NCBI GenBank assembly: GCA_048264885.1 | Contig: JBLXCO010000002.1 | Location: 485,040-549,039 of the forward strand | Direction: 5' to 3' | DNA from: Bacteriovoracaceae bacterium | GTDB lineage: Bacteria; Bdellovibrionota; Bacteriovoracia; Bacteriovoracales; Bacteriovoracaceae | Length of the DNA: 64,000 nt | Shown here: in pieces, positions 26,257 through 35,875 of the stretch | Position numbering within the stretch: position 1 is the first letter of the stretch | How the letters are laid out: each line of letters starts with the position of its first letter | Position numbers and translations under genes: made by a program | The notes under the pieces: generated by a model | The model's input: the letters and a program-made list of their open reading frames with translations, nothing else | Told to the model about the DNA's origin: nothing | The model's database searches: none

Positions 26257-29200
26257 ATGAAAAAGAATTATTTTGCTAAGAGCGCGGCCTATCTCTCCCT
26301 CTTGGGGGTGATGACGAGTTGCTCTTCTTTTAATCGCTCCCTAAGTTCGGCAGATCCGATCAACAATCGATCCGCCCATCAGGTGTATGGTGAGCTTCAA
26401 GAGAGTGGGGTGGGCTTTAGTGCGCGCGCCTTGATGGTTGATGGCGCTGATGCCAATGGTGATCTCGCAGGTGGCGTCACTTGGGGTGCCGAAAAAGAGG
26501 CCTCCTCCTGGCTTATCCTGAAAGCGATGGGTCCTAGTGGTGATCAATTCAAAAACTTCATTGGAAATCTGCCGGATGATAAGCGCGAATTATTTTTGCG
26601 CGACTTCTTAAGTAACTACGCTAAAGATGCCAATGGCTATCGCACTTTTAGAGATGACTCCGGAAAGGTGATTGATCTTGCTCGAGACGTAAAGAATGTC
26701 GACGGCGAAGCTAAGACGCTTGACCTTGCCTTTTTAAAAGAGACAAACTTTGAAACGGCTTCTCTGAGTGAACTCGATGAAAAGTTTGCTAAGCTTTGTG
26801 AGGCTTGGGAAGGAAAGCCCATGTCTTTTATCAAGCCCAGTGTGCGCGCGAAGCTTTGGAAGAGTCAGCTCCCAGGTCTTCAAGGAGTGCGCTTTACTAA
26901 GAATTATTATGATTACACGCCAAATTTTGGCCCGGCCGAGAAGTACGTGCGCGACGCCCACGGCACCGGTGTGGGTGGTTGGGAGATAAACTTTAGACCC
27001 CTTGGCACTTATGGAGAGTTTGAAGAGTCAGTGGCGTGGTTTAGATCTGAACTTAAAAATGCGGGCACACTCTTTCAGGCCCCAGGTCACCAACGAATGG
27101 TCTTTCAGCGCCATCCCAATCTCCCGGAGGAAAAGCTTGCTGATCTCTACCGCGCCATTCAGGCCTTGATTGTCCTTGATGGTATTAAGGGGCGCACGGG
27201 CATTGAGTTTGCCAATTATAAGTCAGTTCAAAGTGACGCCGAAATGGCCTCATTAAGAACAGGACGTGGTGTGATTCGCCTTGAGGGAGATCGTTTTGGC
27301 GCAAACACGATGGCCGTCGAATTTCGTGCCGGCACAAAAGATCTGAGGCTCGCAAGATTTCTGCAAACCACCCTCGCTGCTCGTATTGCCGCCAATGACT
27401 TTGATGGGCTGGAAGATATTTCTAAATACTCTCTCTACAGTCCTGTCAGCTACAACGGTTGGGACGCCGCTGATCTTTCTAATCGCTTCGGGGTAAAAAA
27501 GAAAGTGGCCCAACAGGCGATTGATAACTTGAACGCTGCCGGAATCAAGGCCGGCTATACCATTCCCTTTTGGAATTGGACAAAGCGAGGCATTCCCTTT
27601 ATTAGCACTGCTAAGCGCGCTATCATTAGAGATGCCACCAAGTCCTTTATTGAGCAAGCCGCGCAAGTTTCCGGTTCACCGGATCAGAGCAAACGTGAAT
27701 TGAGAGATTTAATGGTGGGCTGGACTAAGCACACAAATCTTCAAAATGATCTGCGCCGCTATATTAAACCTAAGCGTTCTGTGGCCGATACGGCCGACAT
27801 CTTAAATTTTAATCCTCCTCCAGGTCGTGCCTTAGTCGCAAACCCTGTGGATGTGAATCAGATTGATCTTGGGATTGAGTATTCGGGTAAAATGCCGGTT
27901 AAGCTCTACGCCGATTTCTCTGATGACAAACTTCAAGATAATAAAAAAGCTTGGATCCAAACCTCGGCCGACCTGGGCACCGAAGAGCGCAAGGCCCTGC
28001 TTGAGCGCGTTGCGGTTGATCTGCATAAAAATCTTGGAGGAAGTGGTGAGGCCTCTTTAGTTCAAAGTGATGGCCACGGCCATGGTCTAGATATCTCCTA
28101 TGAAATTCGCGATCCCAAAAATCGCAAGTGGATTGTCGAGTGGGATGGTATTGGACGCAGCTACAGTGCTGAAGGTGAAATCATTGACGGCTCTGTGCGC
28201 TCGGGTTCAGTTGAGCTTGTGACTCCTAAATTTGTCCCGACAGCTGAAGATATGGGGGCGGTATTTAAGGCCTTTGATAGCAATAATATCGTGCCACACA
28301 TTCTCACTGGTGGTGGTCACATTAACATTGACCTCGCGGCCTTTGATGGCAATCCCAAGGCAATGGCGCGCTTTATGACGATCTTTCATGAGCACCGAGG
28401 GATCATCTCTTTGATGTTCCAGCACTATAATCGTCTGCGCACTTCAGAGCCACTGGAAATATCTAATTCCCTTGCCCAAAAGCTCAAGAACTTTAACGGC
28501 ACTGAGGATGAACTCAAGCAGCTTCTCTATAATGAGCAGTACTTTAACACTCGCTATGGCAGAAAGACTCGCTACGTTCAACTCGATCTCTCGGCCTATT
28601 ATCAGGACGTTATTCCTGAGCAATTTATTACTGAGGACTTTGATATTCAAAGCCCCGTCGATCCTTGGCGCAGAACCTTTCGCGTAGACCCGCGCATTCG
28701 CAAGGCGGAGTTTAGAATGTTCAATGCCCCTAGAGATCCCGTTGAGTCGGCACTACAGATTCGCCTGGTGCGCGCCATGCTAAATAAGGCCCTCAACGAA
28801 GACAGTACGCTATCAGGCAAGGTTCAGAAGGTCGATCACCTTGAATATTTGGCCCATCCAGAGCGCGCTCTGAATGATCTAAAAAAGATGTGTGATGATC
28901 TTGGACTAGAAGTCGATGATTATCGTCCGGCCATGGGTGAGGGTCTCTCAGATACTGACCTTGCTAAGAAGTCAGAGTTCTTTGAAACCTTCCAGCAGAA
29001 AATTGCGCCTTTTAAAGCGCAAACGGGCTGGGGGCAAGCGGTGCCACCAAGAAGTGCTGCTGCGGCCCTGAGTTCTGAAGGTCGTCACTGGAGTCCGGGT
29101 CCTGCTGATGAGCTCAATACCATGACACATGAGGATCGCATTGCGGCCGCTCGTCGCGCTCAAGCTCTGCGCGATCAGATTGTGCCAAACCGCTCGATGC

Positions 29201-29259
29201 AAAAGTCTTATCGCCGAAGTGATAGCTGTGCAGCCGCTATCTCCTCCTTCTTGCGATAG
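26257..29259 (+). CDS. Lipoprotein with two tandem amidoligase (glutamine-synthetase-like, PF12224-type) modules
   Basis: Lipoprotein signal 'LSLLGVMTSC'. Module 2 has 'WIVEWDGIG', 'SVELVTPKF', 'GGGHINIDL', 'RYGRKTRYVQLDL' and 'KAEFRMFNAP'. Module 1 has 'GWEINFRPLG', 'APGHQRMVF' and 'AVEFRAGTKD'. The assignment rests on remembered family motifs and was not checked by search. Confidence 0.55.
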   Translation: MKKNYFAKSAAYLSLLGVMTSCSSFNRSLSSADPINNRSAHQVYGELQESGVGFSARALMVDGADANGDLAGGVTWGAEKEASSWLILKAMGPSGDQFKNFIGNLPDDKRELFLRDFLSNYAKDANGYRTFRDDSGKVIDLARDVKNVDGEAKTLDLAFLKETNFETASLSELDEKFAKLCEAWEGKPMSFIKPSVRAKLWKSQLPGLQGVRFTKNYYDYTPNFGPAEKYVRDAHGTGVGGWEINFRPLGTYGEFEESVAWFRSELKNAGTLFQAPGHQRMVFQRHPNLPEEKLADLYRAIQALIVLDGIKGRTGIEFANYKSVQSDAEMASLRTGRGVIRLEGDRFGANTMAVEFRAGTKDLRLARFLQTTLAARIAANDFDGLEDISKYSLYSPVSYNGWDAADLSNRFGVKKKVAQQAIDNLNAAGIKAGYTIPFWNWTKRGIPFISTAKRAIIRDATKSFIEQAAQVSGSPDQSKRELRDLMVGWTKHTNLQNDLRRYIKPKRSVADTADILNFNPPPGRALVANPVDVNQIDLGIEYSGKMPVKLYADFSDDKLQDNKKAWIQTSADLGTEERKALLERVAVDLHKNLGGSGEASLVQSDGHGHGLDISYEIRDPKNRKWIVEWDGIGRSYSAEGEIIDGSVRSGSVELVTPKFVPTAEDMGAVFKAFDSNNIVPHILTGGGHINIDLAAFDGNPKAMARFMTIFHEHRGIISLMFQHYNRLRTSEPLEISNSLAQKLKNFNGTEDELKQLLYNEQYFNTRYGRKTRYVQLDLSAYYQDVIPEQFITEDFDIQSPVDPWRRTFRVDPRIRKAEFRMFNAPRDPVESALQIRLVRAMLNKALNEDSTLSGKVQKVDHLEYLAHPERALNDLKKMCDDLGLEVDDYRPAMGEGLSDTDLAKKSEFFETFQQKIAPFKAQTGWGQAVPPRSAAAALSSEGRHWSPGPADELNTMTHEDRIAAARRAQALRDQIVPNRSMQKSYRRSDSCAAAISSFLR

Positions 29260-29271
29260 TTTCTTTAAGTT

Positions 29272-29305
29272 GCGGGCAAGCTCTGTCTTGCCCGCAGCTT
29301 TTTTT
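29272..29305 (+). terminator. Rho-independent terminator
   Basis: GCGGGCAAG-CTCTGT-CTTGCCCGC followed by AGCTTTTTTT. The T-run overlaps the prfC stop codon. Confidence 0.8.
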
Positions 29306-30926
29306 AATTGCGATAATCTGAGTTTTTAAAGAATTCCACTTCGGGAAATTTCTCCATCGCTAGCTTCAAGTCCCATTCACTGCGTACGGAAAAACAAGGG
29401 CGCTCTTTGTGGTCATAAACGATATTTGAGCTATTTGCGCTGATGAACTTATCTCTATCTTTGTCATTTTTAAATTTCAGCCAGCGCACGCCACTAAAGG
29501 GATAAGACTCATAGTCTCCGCGAACATTATACTCATGCTCTAAGCGATGTTTCACAACTTCAAACTGAAGAGCGCCCACGGCGCCTAGAATTTTCTCTCG
29601 GGTGGTGGAGCGAATAAAGAGCTGTACTGTGCCCTCTTCCGAGAGCTGAGAGAGTCCTTTATCAAGTTGCTTGGCCTTGAGAGGGTCTTTCAGAAGCACC
29701 TTTTTAAAGAGCTCCGGGGCAAAGGATGGGATGCCTGTAAATTGAATGGCCTCACCTTCAGTGAAGGTGTCGCCAATTTGAAATTTTCCAGTATCGTGCA
29801 GACCGATAATATCCCCAGGGAGCGCCTCTTCGGCGATCTCGCGATCTTGGGCCTGAAACATCAGCGGGGTAGCAATCTTGAGTTCGCGTCCATCGCGTAC
29901 ATGATAGATTTTTTGGCCGCGGGTGAATTTGCCCGAGCACACGCGCATAAAGGCCACGCGGTCGCGGTGGCGCGGGTCCATATTGGCCTGAATTTTAAAG
30001 ATGAAGCCAGTGAACTTATTCTCACTGGGATCGACTTTGCGAATTTCAGCGTGCTCATCAAATGGGGCGAGCTTAGCACTTCTGCCCTTGGGGCCTGGCG
30101 AGTTTTCAGCGATGAAGTCGAGAGTTTCCTTGACCCCAAAATTATTAAGGGCCGAGCCAAAAAAGACGGGAGTCATAATTCCGGCGAGGTACTCTTCTTT
30201 AGAAAACTCAGGGATGAGCTCGCTGACCATCTCGAGATCGGCAATCAATTTTTCACGCACCACTTCGGGCAGAAACTTTTTAATCTCATCACTGTCTAAG
30301 TCTGAGGCATCGATAATGGTTGGGTTGTGAGGGTCGTTACTCTCTTTAAAACTTCTAATATTTTTGGTGGCAAGGTCGTAGACACCTTTGAAGTTTACGC
30401 CGTCACCTACTGGCCAGGTGAGGGGGATACATTGGATATTGAGAATCTTCTCCACGTTATCAATGAGGTCAAAAGGGTCCATTGAGTCGCGGTCAAATTT
30501 ATTCATGAAGGTAACAATCGGCGTGTCGCGCATGCGACAAACTTCCATAAGTTTAATTGTCTGCTCTTCCACGCCCTTGGCCGAATCGATCATCATGAGC
30601 ACACTCTCAACTGCGGTGAGGGTGCGATAGGTATCTTCACTAAAATCTTTGTGCCCAGGAGTGTCGAGTAGGTGCATGGCACGTTCGACCTTATCTGAGA
30701 GGTAGGGAAAGCTCATGACCGATGAACTAATGGAAATCCCGCGCTCTTTTTCAATTTCCATCCAGTCTGATTTGGCAAAGTTGCCGTGTTTAGATTTCAC
30801 CATACCGGCGGTGCGAATGACCTCTCCAAACCAAAGTAGCTTTTCAGTCATGGTGGTCTTACCGGCATCCGGGTGAGAAATGATGGCAAACGTGGCGCGC
30901 TTAGCGCGGGGATTAAATTCGCTCAA
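29304..30926 (-). CDS. prfC: Peptide chain release factor 3
   Basis: 'RATFAIISHPDAGKTTMTEKLL', 'DTPGHKDF' and 'NKFD'. TTG start. Confidence 0.95.
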   Translation of the reverse strand: MSEFNPRAKRATFAIISHPDAGKTTMTEKLLWFGEVIRTAGMVKSKHGNFAKSDWMEIEKERGISISSSVMSFPYLSDKVERAMHLLDTPGHKDFSEDTYRTLTAVESVLMMIDSAKGVEEQTIKLMEVCRMRDTPIVTFMNKFDRDSMDPFDLIDNVEKILNIQCIPLTWPVGDGVNFKGVYDLATKNIRSFKESNDPHNPTIIDASDLDSDEIKKFLPEVVREKLIADLEMVSELIPEFSKEEYLAGIMTPVFFGSALNNFGVKETLDFIAENSPGPKGRSAKLAPFDEHAEIRKVDPSENKFTGFIFKIQANMDPRHRDRVAFMRVCSGKFTRGQKIYHVRDGRELKIATPLMFQAQDREIAEEALPGDIIGLHDTGKFQIGDTFTEGEAIQFTGIPSFAPELFKKVLLKDPLKAKQLDKGLSQLSEEGTVQLFIRSTTREKILGAVGALQFEVVKHRLEHEYNVRGDYESYPFSGVRWLKFKNDKDRDKFISANSSNIVYDHKERPCFSVRSEWDLKLAMEKFPEVEFFKNSDYRN

Positions 30927-31114
30927 GAGATCCTCTTTAGTTTGAGACGCAATTGTGACTTAGATTATTTTGGCACACTGTAATAGTTTCCACCACTCTA
31001 GTAAAGGTTCAAAGGCGCGACTAAAATCTCAAGCATTCAAGATAGTAATTTGCGTTTGTTGTTGTTCGTGTGATCTATGATGTGTGATGAGTTCCTCGTT
31101 GAACTATCTTGAGG

Positions 31115-31140
31115 AAAAAAGGCCGCCCCAAAAGGGCGGC
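31115..31140 (-). terminator. Rho-independent terminator downstream of gcvP
   Basis: On the minus strand, GCCGCCC-TTTTG-GGGCGGC is followed by CTTTTTT. It lies immediately after the gcvP stop. Confidence 0.8.
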
Positions 31141-31147
31141 TTTTTTT

Positions 31148-34100
31148 TTACTTTCTTTCTTCGTGCGCGGCTACGATGCGCTTCATGACCTCATTGATTG
31201 GCATATTGGCGAGCTCTTTGGGACTCACTATATTGCGCGGCAAGTTGGGAAGACCGGTGATCTTCTCACTGAGAACGAGGTTTTTATTGGCGCCCACTTC
31301 ATCCATTTTGCAAATAGGCGTGAAGTGAGGAGCGGTGGTGAGCACTTCTGGGTGCTCGTGAATCATGGTGTGAATTCCTTCGACTACTTCACTAAAACGA
31401 TCGAGCTCTGCCTTGGTGAAAGACTCCGTGGGCTCGATCATCAGTCCGTATTGCTCGGGAAAGGCCACCGTGGGGGCGTGCAGACCAAAGTCGAGAAAGA
31501 GCTTGCCGATTCTGGCGATGGCATTGGCCTTGGGCGTACCGGCCGCCTCAATGCGAGCAAAGCTCTCGGGAGTGAGTGTGAGGATGAACTCATGCATGCG
31601 TGGCACTTCGGTGTCAGCTGGCAGAGTTGGGAAGGATTTCTTCAAGCGCTTAAAAAGATACTGAGCACTGAGCACCGAAAAGGCACTCATCTGGCGCACA
31701 CCCTCAGTACCCAGGGCCTTGATATAAGTGTAGGCGCGCACTTTGTGAGCAAAGTTCCCGTAATGGCGATGGATACTTCCCATACTTCTTTCAGGGTGAA
31801 TGACCGAGTAACCCTCAGCGCTCTTTTGAACTTGTACTCCTGGCAGATAGGAGACCAGTTTTTCACTCACGGCCACAATGGCGTCGCCTGGGCCACCACC
31901 GCCATGGGGGATGGTCCAAGTTTTGTGGAGGTTATTGTGAACGGCATCCACACCCAGAGCGTTCAGATCAATGTGACCCGCAATGGCGTTCATATTGGCG
32001 CCGTCCATATAGACAAGACCACCGACTGAGTGGATGAGCTCGGCCATTTCTTTAAATTTGCTCTCAAAAACACCACTGGTGTTAGGGTTGGTGACCATCA
32101 CGCCGGCAATGCGATTGCCAAATTTGGCCACCAATTCTTTGACGTGTTCAAAATCCATTTCACCACTTGGGTAGGCGCTAATTTCGACAATGCCATACTC
32201 TTGGCCGGCCACTTTCTTAGTGACAAAACCGGCCATGGTGGCCGTAGCGGGGTTGGTGCCGTGGGCACTTTTTGGGATGAGTACGACATTTCTCGTCTGC
32301 GCTTCTCCCTTATCGTGGTGATAGGCCTGAAACATTTTAAGACCCACGAGCTCGCCCTGAGCGCCGGCCACTGGTTGAGTGGTCACGCCGGCAAGTCCGG
32401 TGATCTTTTTAAAGTCCTCTTGGATTTCAAAGAGAATTTGTAGCGCTCCCTGTGCATCTTCAAGTGGGGCCTGCGGGTGAATATTAGTAAAGCCAGGAAG
32501 TGAAGCCGCCCAATCATTGATGTAGGGGTTGTACTTCATGGTGCAAGAACCAAGGGGATAGATGGCATCATCTGGGCTAACATTGAGAGCGCCCAGTTCG
32601 TCATAGAATTTCTCAAGCGTCTTGGCCTCAATCTTTGGCAGACCACAAGATTCATTTTGACAGAAGTTCGCCGGGATCTCTGGGAGTGAATTTTCATCAT
32701 CAGACTTAGCGCCCACTCCAAACTGGGATTTAAAGAAGTTCAGTAAGTTTTCAATATCGGCATCAGTTTGGCGGTCAAAGAAAGAGACGAGCAGAATATT
32801 TCTCCCATCGTCAGTGCGCTCACTGATATTGACTCCTAAGTGTAGGCCTTCGACAGCAGCTTTTTTAATGAGCGTGTCGACATTTCCATCAAGCTCTAGC
32901 GCCACTTCGTTATAAAAAGGAGTCTCATTAAAGGCGAGGTCAACCCCTTTGAGCGTGGTCACCACGCTGGCAAATTTATGGGCGTTAGTTTTGCCTTTAA
33001 GTGCACTCTTAGCAATTCCCTCTTCGCCACGCGCGAGCAGTGCCGCCCCAGCGATGGTGGCGACAAAGCTTTGATTTGAACAAATATTACTGGTCGCTTT
33101 CTCACGGCGAATGTGTTGCTCGCGAGTGGAGAGAACCATACAAAGAGCGCTATTGCCCTTTTCGTCGGTTCCCTTTCCTACATAGCGCCCAGCGGTTTGG
33201 CGGATGGAGAGTTTATCTTTTTCATTGTAGCGAATGCCAAAAATGCCAAGCCCTGGGCCACCAAAGTTTGGTCCTAAGCACAGGTGTTGACCTTCACCTA
33301 CGATGATGTCGACACCTTCCGCATCTGCACCCCACTTGCTTGGACGAATGAGTCCGCCCCCAGCAAGTAGCATGGGATCGATCAAACCAATTGTTTTAAG
33401 ATCGTGAGCGCGGGCAAAGTCCGTAAGTGCGTGCACATCTTCTAAGCTTCCCAGGTGCCCCACTTGTGGGAAGGCAAGGGCGGCGAGCTCTGGGCCGTGC
33501 TCAGCGACGAGCTGGCTCAGGGCCGCTAGGTCTGTTGTGCCGGTACTTGAGTTGACCGGGACTTCAATAATTTCCAGATCAGTTGCGGCCGCTAGGGTGT
33601 GAACAACTTCAAGATCTCCGGGATAAATAGTTTTAGCAACGAGAACTTTTTGCTTACCACGCGCCAGACGCGTGGCCGTCATGAGGGCCTCGTAGAGACA
33701 GGTAGAGCGATCATAGAGAGAGGCGTTGATCGCTTCAAAACCAGTGAGGGCACTCAGAGCACTGCTGTAGAGCCATAGGGTGTAGAGTGTTCCTTGACTG
33801 CGCTCAGGTTGGTAAGGAGTGTAGGCGGTGGTGAGTCCTCTGATATTGCAAACGTAACCTACGATGCTTGGCACTTCATAGTCTTTGAGACCGTCGCCGA
33901 TAAAGCTAGGTTTGATATTATTTTTTTGGGAAATAGTTAATAGGCGCTTTTGCAACTCTTCATAGGAGAGCTCTGGGCCAAGGCCTAAATCTTCTTTGAA
34001 GAAAATATCTTTTGGCATCCCGGCAAAGACGTCTTCGATTTTTGAGAGCCCAAGTTCTGCCAACATTTCTTTTTGCTCGCTCTCAGTGGCGCTGATATAA

Positions 34101-34162
34101 AAGCGAGCGAGTTCGCGCTGGAGTTCTTGCGGATTATAGGGCAAGTTATGGCCTGATCCCAT
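31148..34162 (-). CDS. gcvP: Glycine dehydrogenase (decarboxylating), glycine-cleavage P protein, single-chain form
   Basis: 1004 aa. PLP-lysine motif 'NLHKTWTIPHGGGGPG', and both alpha-like and beta-like halves are present. Confidence 0.95.
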   Translation of the reverse strand: MGSGHNLPYNPQELQRELARFYISATESEQKEMLAELGLSKIEDVFAGMPKDIFFKEDLGLGPELSYEELQKRLLTISQKNNIKPSFIGDGLKDYEVPSIVGYVCNIRGLTTAYTPYQPERSQGTLYTLWLYSSALSALTGFEAINASLYDRSTCLYEALMTATRLARGKQKVLVAKTIYPGDLEVVHTLAAATDLEIIEVPVNSSTGTTDLAALSQLVAEHGPELAALAFPQVGHLGSLEDVHALTDFARAHDLKTIGLIDPMLLAGGGLIRPSKWGADAEGVDIIVGEGQHLCLGPNFGGPGLGIFGIRYNEKDKLSIRQTAGRYVGKGTDEKGNSALCMVLSTREQHIRREKATSNICSNQSFVATIAGAALLARGEEGIAKSALKGKTNAHKFASVVTTLKGVDLAFNETPFYNEVALELDGNVDTLIKKAAVEGLHLGVNISERTDDGRNILLVSFFDRQTDADIENLLNFFKSQFGVGAKSDDENSLPEIPANFCQNESCGLPKIEAKTLEKFYDELGALNVSPDDAIYPLGSCTMKYNPYINDWAASLPGFTNIHPQAPLEDAQGALQILFEIQEDFKKITGLAGVTTQPVAGAQGELVGLKMFQAYHHDKGEAQTRNVVLIPKSAHGTNPATATMAGFVTKKVAGQEYGIVEISAYPSGEMDFEHVKELVAKFGNRIAGVMVTNPNTSGVFESKFKEMAELIHSVGGLVYMDGANMNAIAGHIDLNALGVDAVHNNLHKTWTIPHGGGGPGDAIVAVSEKLVSYLPGVQVQKSAEGYSVIHPERSMGSIHRHYGNFAHKVRAYTYIKALGTEGVRQMSAFSVLSAQYLFKRLKKSFPTLPADTEVPRMHEFILTLTPESFARIEAAGTPKANAIARIGKLFLDFGLHAPTVAFPEQYGLMIEPTESFTKAELDRFSEVVEGIHTMIHEHPEVLTTAPHFTPICKMDEVGANKNLVLSEKITGLPNLPRNIVSPKELANMPINEVMKRIVAAHEERK

Positions 34163-34241
34163 GGTGCTACCTTTTGTTGGATGTGAAATTTGCCCTTATT
34201 TCTAACATGAGGCCCATGGCTTTACCAAGTATAATGCTCAT

Positions 34242-34997
34242 ATGAAACAGCTCAATGCCTCGAAATTGTTGATCGAAGACGCCAGCTGGCGCGATAAAAT
34301 TGAATCTTTGGGTTTTTCGCTCCAGCTCAATGACTCCTTTGGTCTAACGCTCCATGATGGTGGGCTTGCGCTGGCCATCGAGGGACGTCACTTAAAGCTC
34401 GAGTGGGCGCGTGTTTTAGCGCACTTGCGCCGGCAAAAATTGGGCACTCCCAGTGATCTCTTTGCCAAGGCCTTAAGACCTAAAGGAGCGGCGCCCATTG
34501 AGACTGTTCTCGATCTCACCTGTGGCACTGGGCGCGACACGCTTCACCTCTACGCTCTAGGTCTGCGCGTGACCGCACTGGAGCGCGACCCCTATCTCTA
34601 TTTGCTCAGCTACTTTGAGGCCCAGGCCCTAGAGATTGAGGGCATCGAGATGGTGCACACCCAGGCCCAAGAGTACCTAAAGAATTGCACCAGCTTTGAT
34701 ATAATTTACTTTGATCCCATGTATGAAGAAGCGAGTGCGGCCAAAAAGCGCAAGGCCGCGCCTCGCAAAGAAATGCAGCTCTTTTACGAATATTTCTCCC
34801 ATCCTCTCTCTGCAGCTATCGGCGACGATAGTGGCGAGGAGCTCGCTCGCATTCTTGATTTGGCGCGCCTGAAGTGCACCCGGCGAGTGATTGTGAAGCG
34901 ACCAATAAAAGGGGCCGCAATTGTAGCGGCCCCCTATTCTTACGCGGGAAAGAGTACCCGCTATGATGGTTATCCTGCGCTTACGCCGCAAACTTGA
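34242..34997 (+). CDS. rsmJ: 16S rRNA m2G1516 methyltransferase RsmJ-like
   Basis: 'VLDLTCGTGRDTLHLYALGLRVTALERDP' and 'IIYFDPMY' match the RsmJ pattern. Confidence 0.7.
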   Translation: MKQLNASKLLIEDASWRDKIESLGFSLQLNDSFGLTLHDGGLALAIEGRHLKLEWARVLAHLRRQKLGTPSDLFAKALRPKGAAPIETVLDLTCGTGRDTLHLYALGLRVTALERDPYLYLLSYFEAQALEIEGIEMVHTQAQEYLKNCTSFDIIYFDPMYEEASAAKKRKAAPRKEMQLFYEYFSHPLSAAIGDDSGEELARILDLARLKCTRRVIVKRPIKGAAIVAAPYSYAGKSTRYDGYPALTPQT

Positions 34998-35739
34998 GAC
35001 TTGATTTCTCTTTGCGTGAAGCTTTTGAGATCGCGCGTAGAATTGTGCGCATGTGGAGATTCTCCCAAATATTTTGATACTTAAAGCGAATCCCAATTCC
35101 TTTTTGGCCATCAAAAATGTGCTCACTCATAATGACGGCATCGACGCTGATATGAAGGCCTTCAAAAGTCATATTCACACGCAATTTCTCTCCCACTTTT
35201 TCAGGACCACGGTAGTTGAGAAAGGCACCGGACAAAGAAATGTTAAGCACGTGAGCATCCTTGACCAAGTTTGGATCCATGCCCGTAAATGAGACCGGGA
35301 TCGCGAGGTTAAAGCGCTCCCGATGCTCCCACCAACGAAGATCGCGCTCGAAGAAGGGACGACGCACTTCGGGCAGGAGAAAGTAGAGAATGATCAGAGC
35401 ATTCATAAAGAGAATCATCAGCGATGTCGAATGGGGAACCTCGCTGTAGTAGGGCCAGCTATAGCGCTGATAAGTGATATGAGAGTAAAAAGAATAGAGC
35501 TGCACTCCCACAAAGAGCGGGTAAGACCAGCGCTTCACGCCCAGTAGGGCGATTCCCCCGATAGGAAAAAGGAGCCAAAACTCAAAAAATCCCCAGGCCC
35601 CAAAGGGCCCATGGGCAATATTGCCAAGGATTGTCTCAAGCGAAAATCCTGTCATGACTTTAAAGGTCGTGAGTTTGAGCAGGGGCTCTACAAGGTGGAG
35701 AAAGCCCAAGATAATAAACAGCAGTGGCCGGTTTTTCAT
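34981..35739 (-). CDS. Membrane protein with C-terminal PilZ domain (putative c-di-GMP receptor)
   Basis: About 4 N-terminal TM segments, then 'RRPFFER' (RxxxR) and 'NISLSGAF' (N/DxSxxG). The 3' end overlaps rsmJ by 17 bp. Confidence 0.7.
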   Translation of the reverse strand: MKNRPLLFIILGFLHLVEPLLKLTTFKVMTGFSLETILGNIAHGPFGAWGFFEFWLLFPIGGIALLGVKRWSYPLFVGVQLYSFYSHITYQRYSWPYYSEVPHSTSLMILFMNALIILYFLLPEVRRPFFERDLRWWEHRERFNLAIPVSFTGMDPNLVKDAHVLNISLSGAFLNYRGPEKVGEKLRVNMTFEGLHISVDAVIMSEHIFDGQKGIGIRFKYQNIWENLHMRTILRAISKASRKEKSSLKFAA

Positions 35740-35875
35740 GCTTTAAATGTCCTGGCAAAAAGTCATGAACTGATTTTACCGGACTACCGAGTAGGGGCCA
35801 TAGGGGTGAATTTTTGGTGGTTTGCACCACTCGGGTACTTTTAAAAGTGCCTTAAATTATGGGCGTCTTGATATT

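Noticed and set aside
29667-30630. Plus-strand ORFs (210, 109 and 80 aa) antisense to prfC
   Set aside because: They are shadow ORFs inside a highly conserved GTPase gene, with no independent support.
31109-32443. Long plus-strand ORFs (306 aa and 137 aa), plus several shorter ones, antisense to gcvP
   Set aside because: They lie wholly inside a confidently identified gene on the other strand. Their composition is Gly/His/Val-rich shadow sequence, and they have no SD or family motif. They are typical antisense shadow ORFs.
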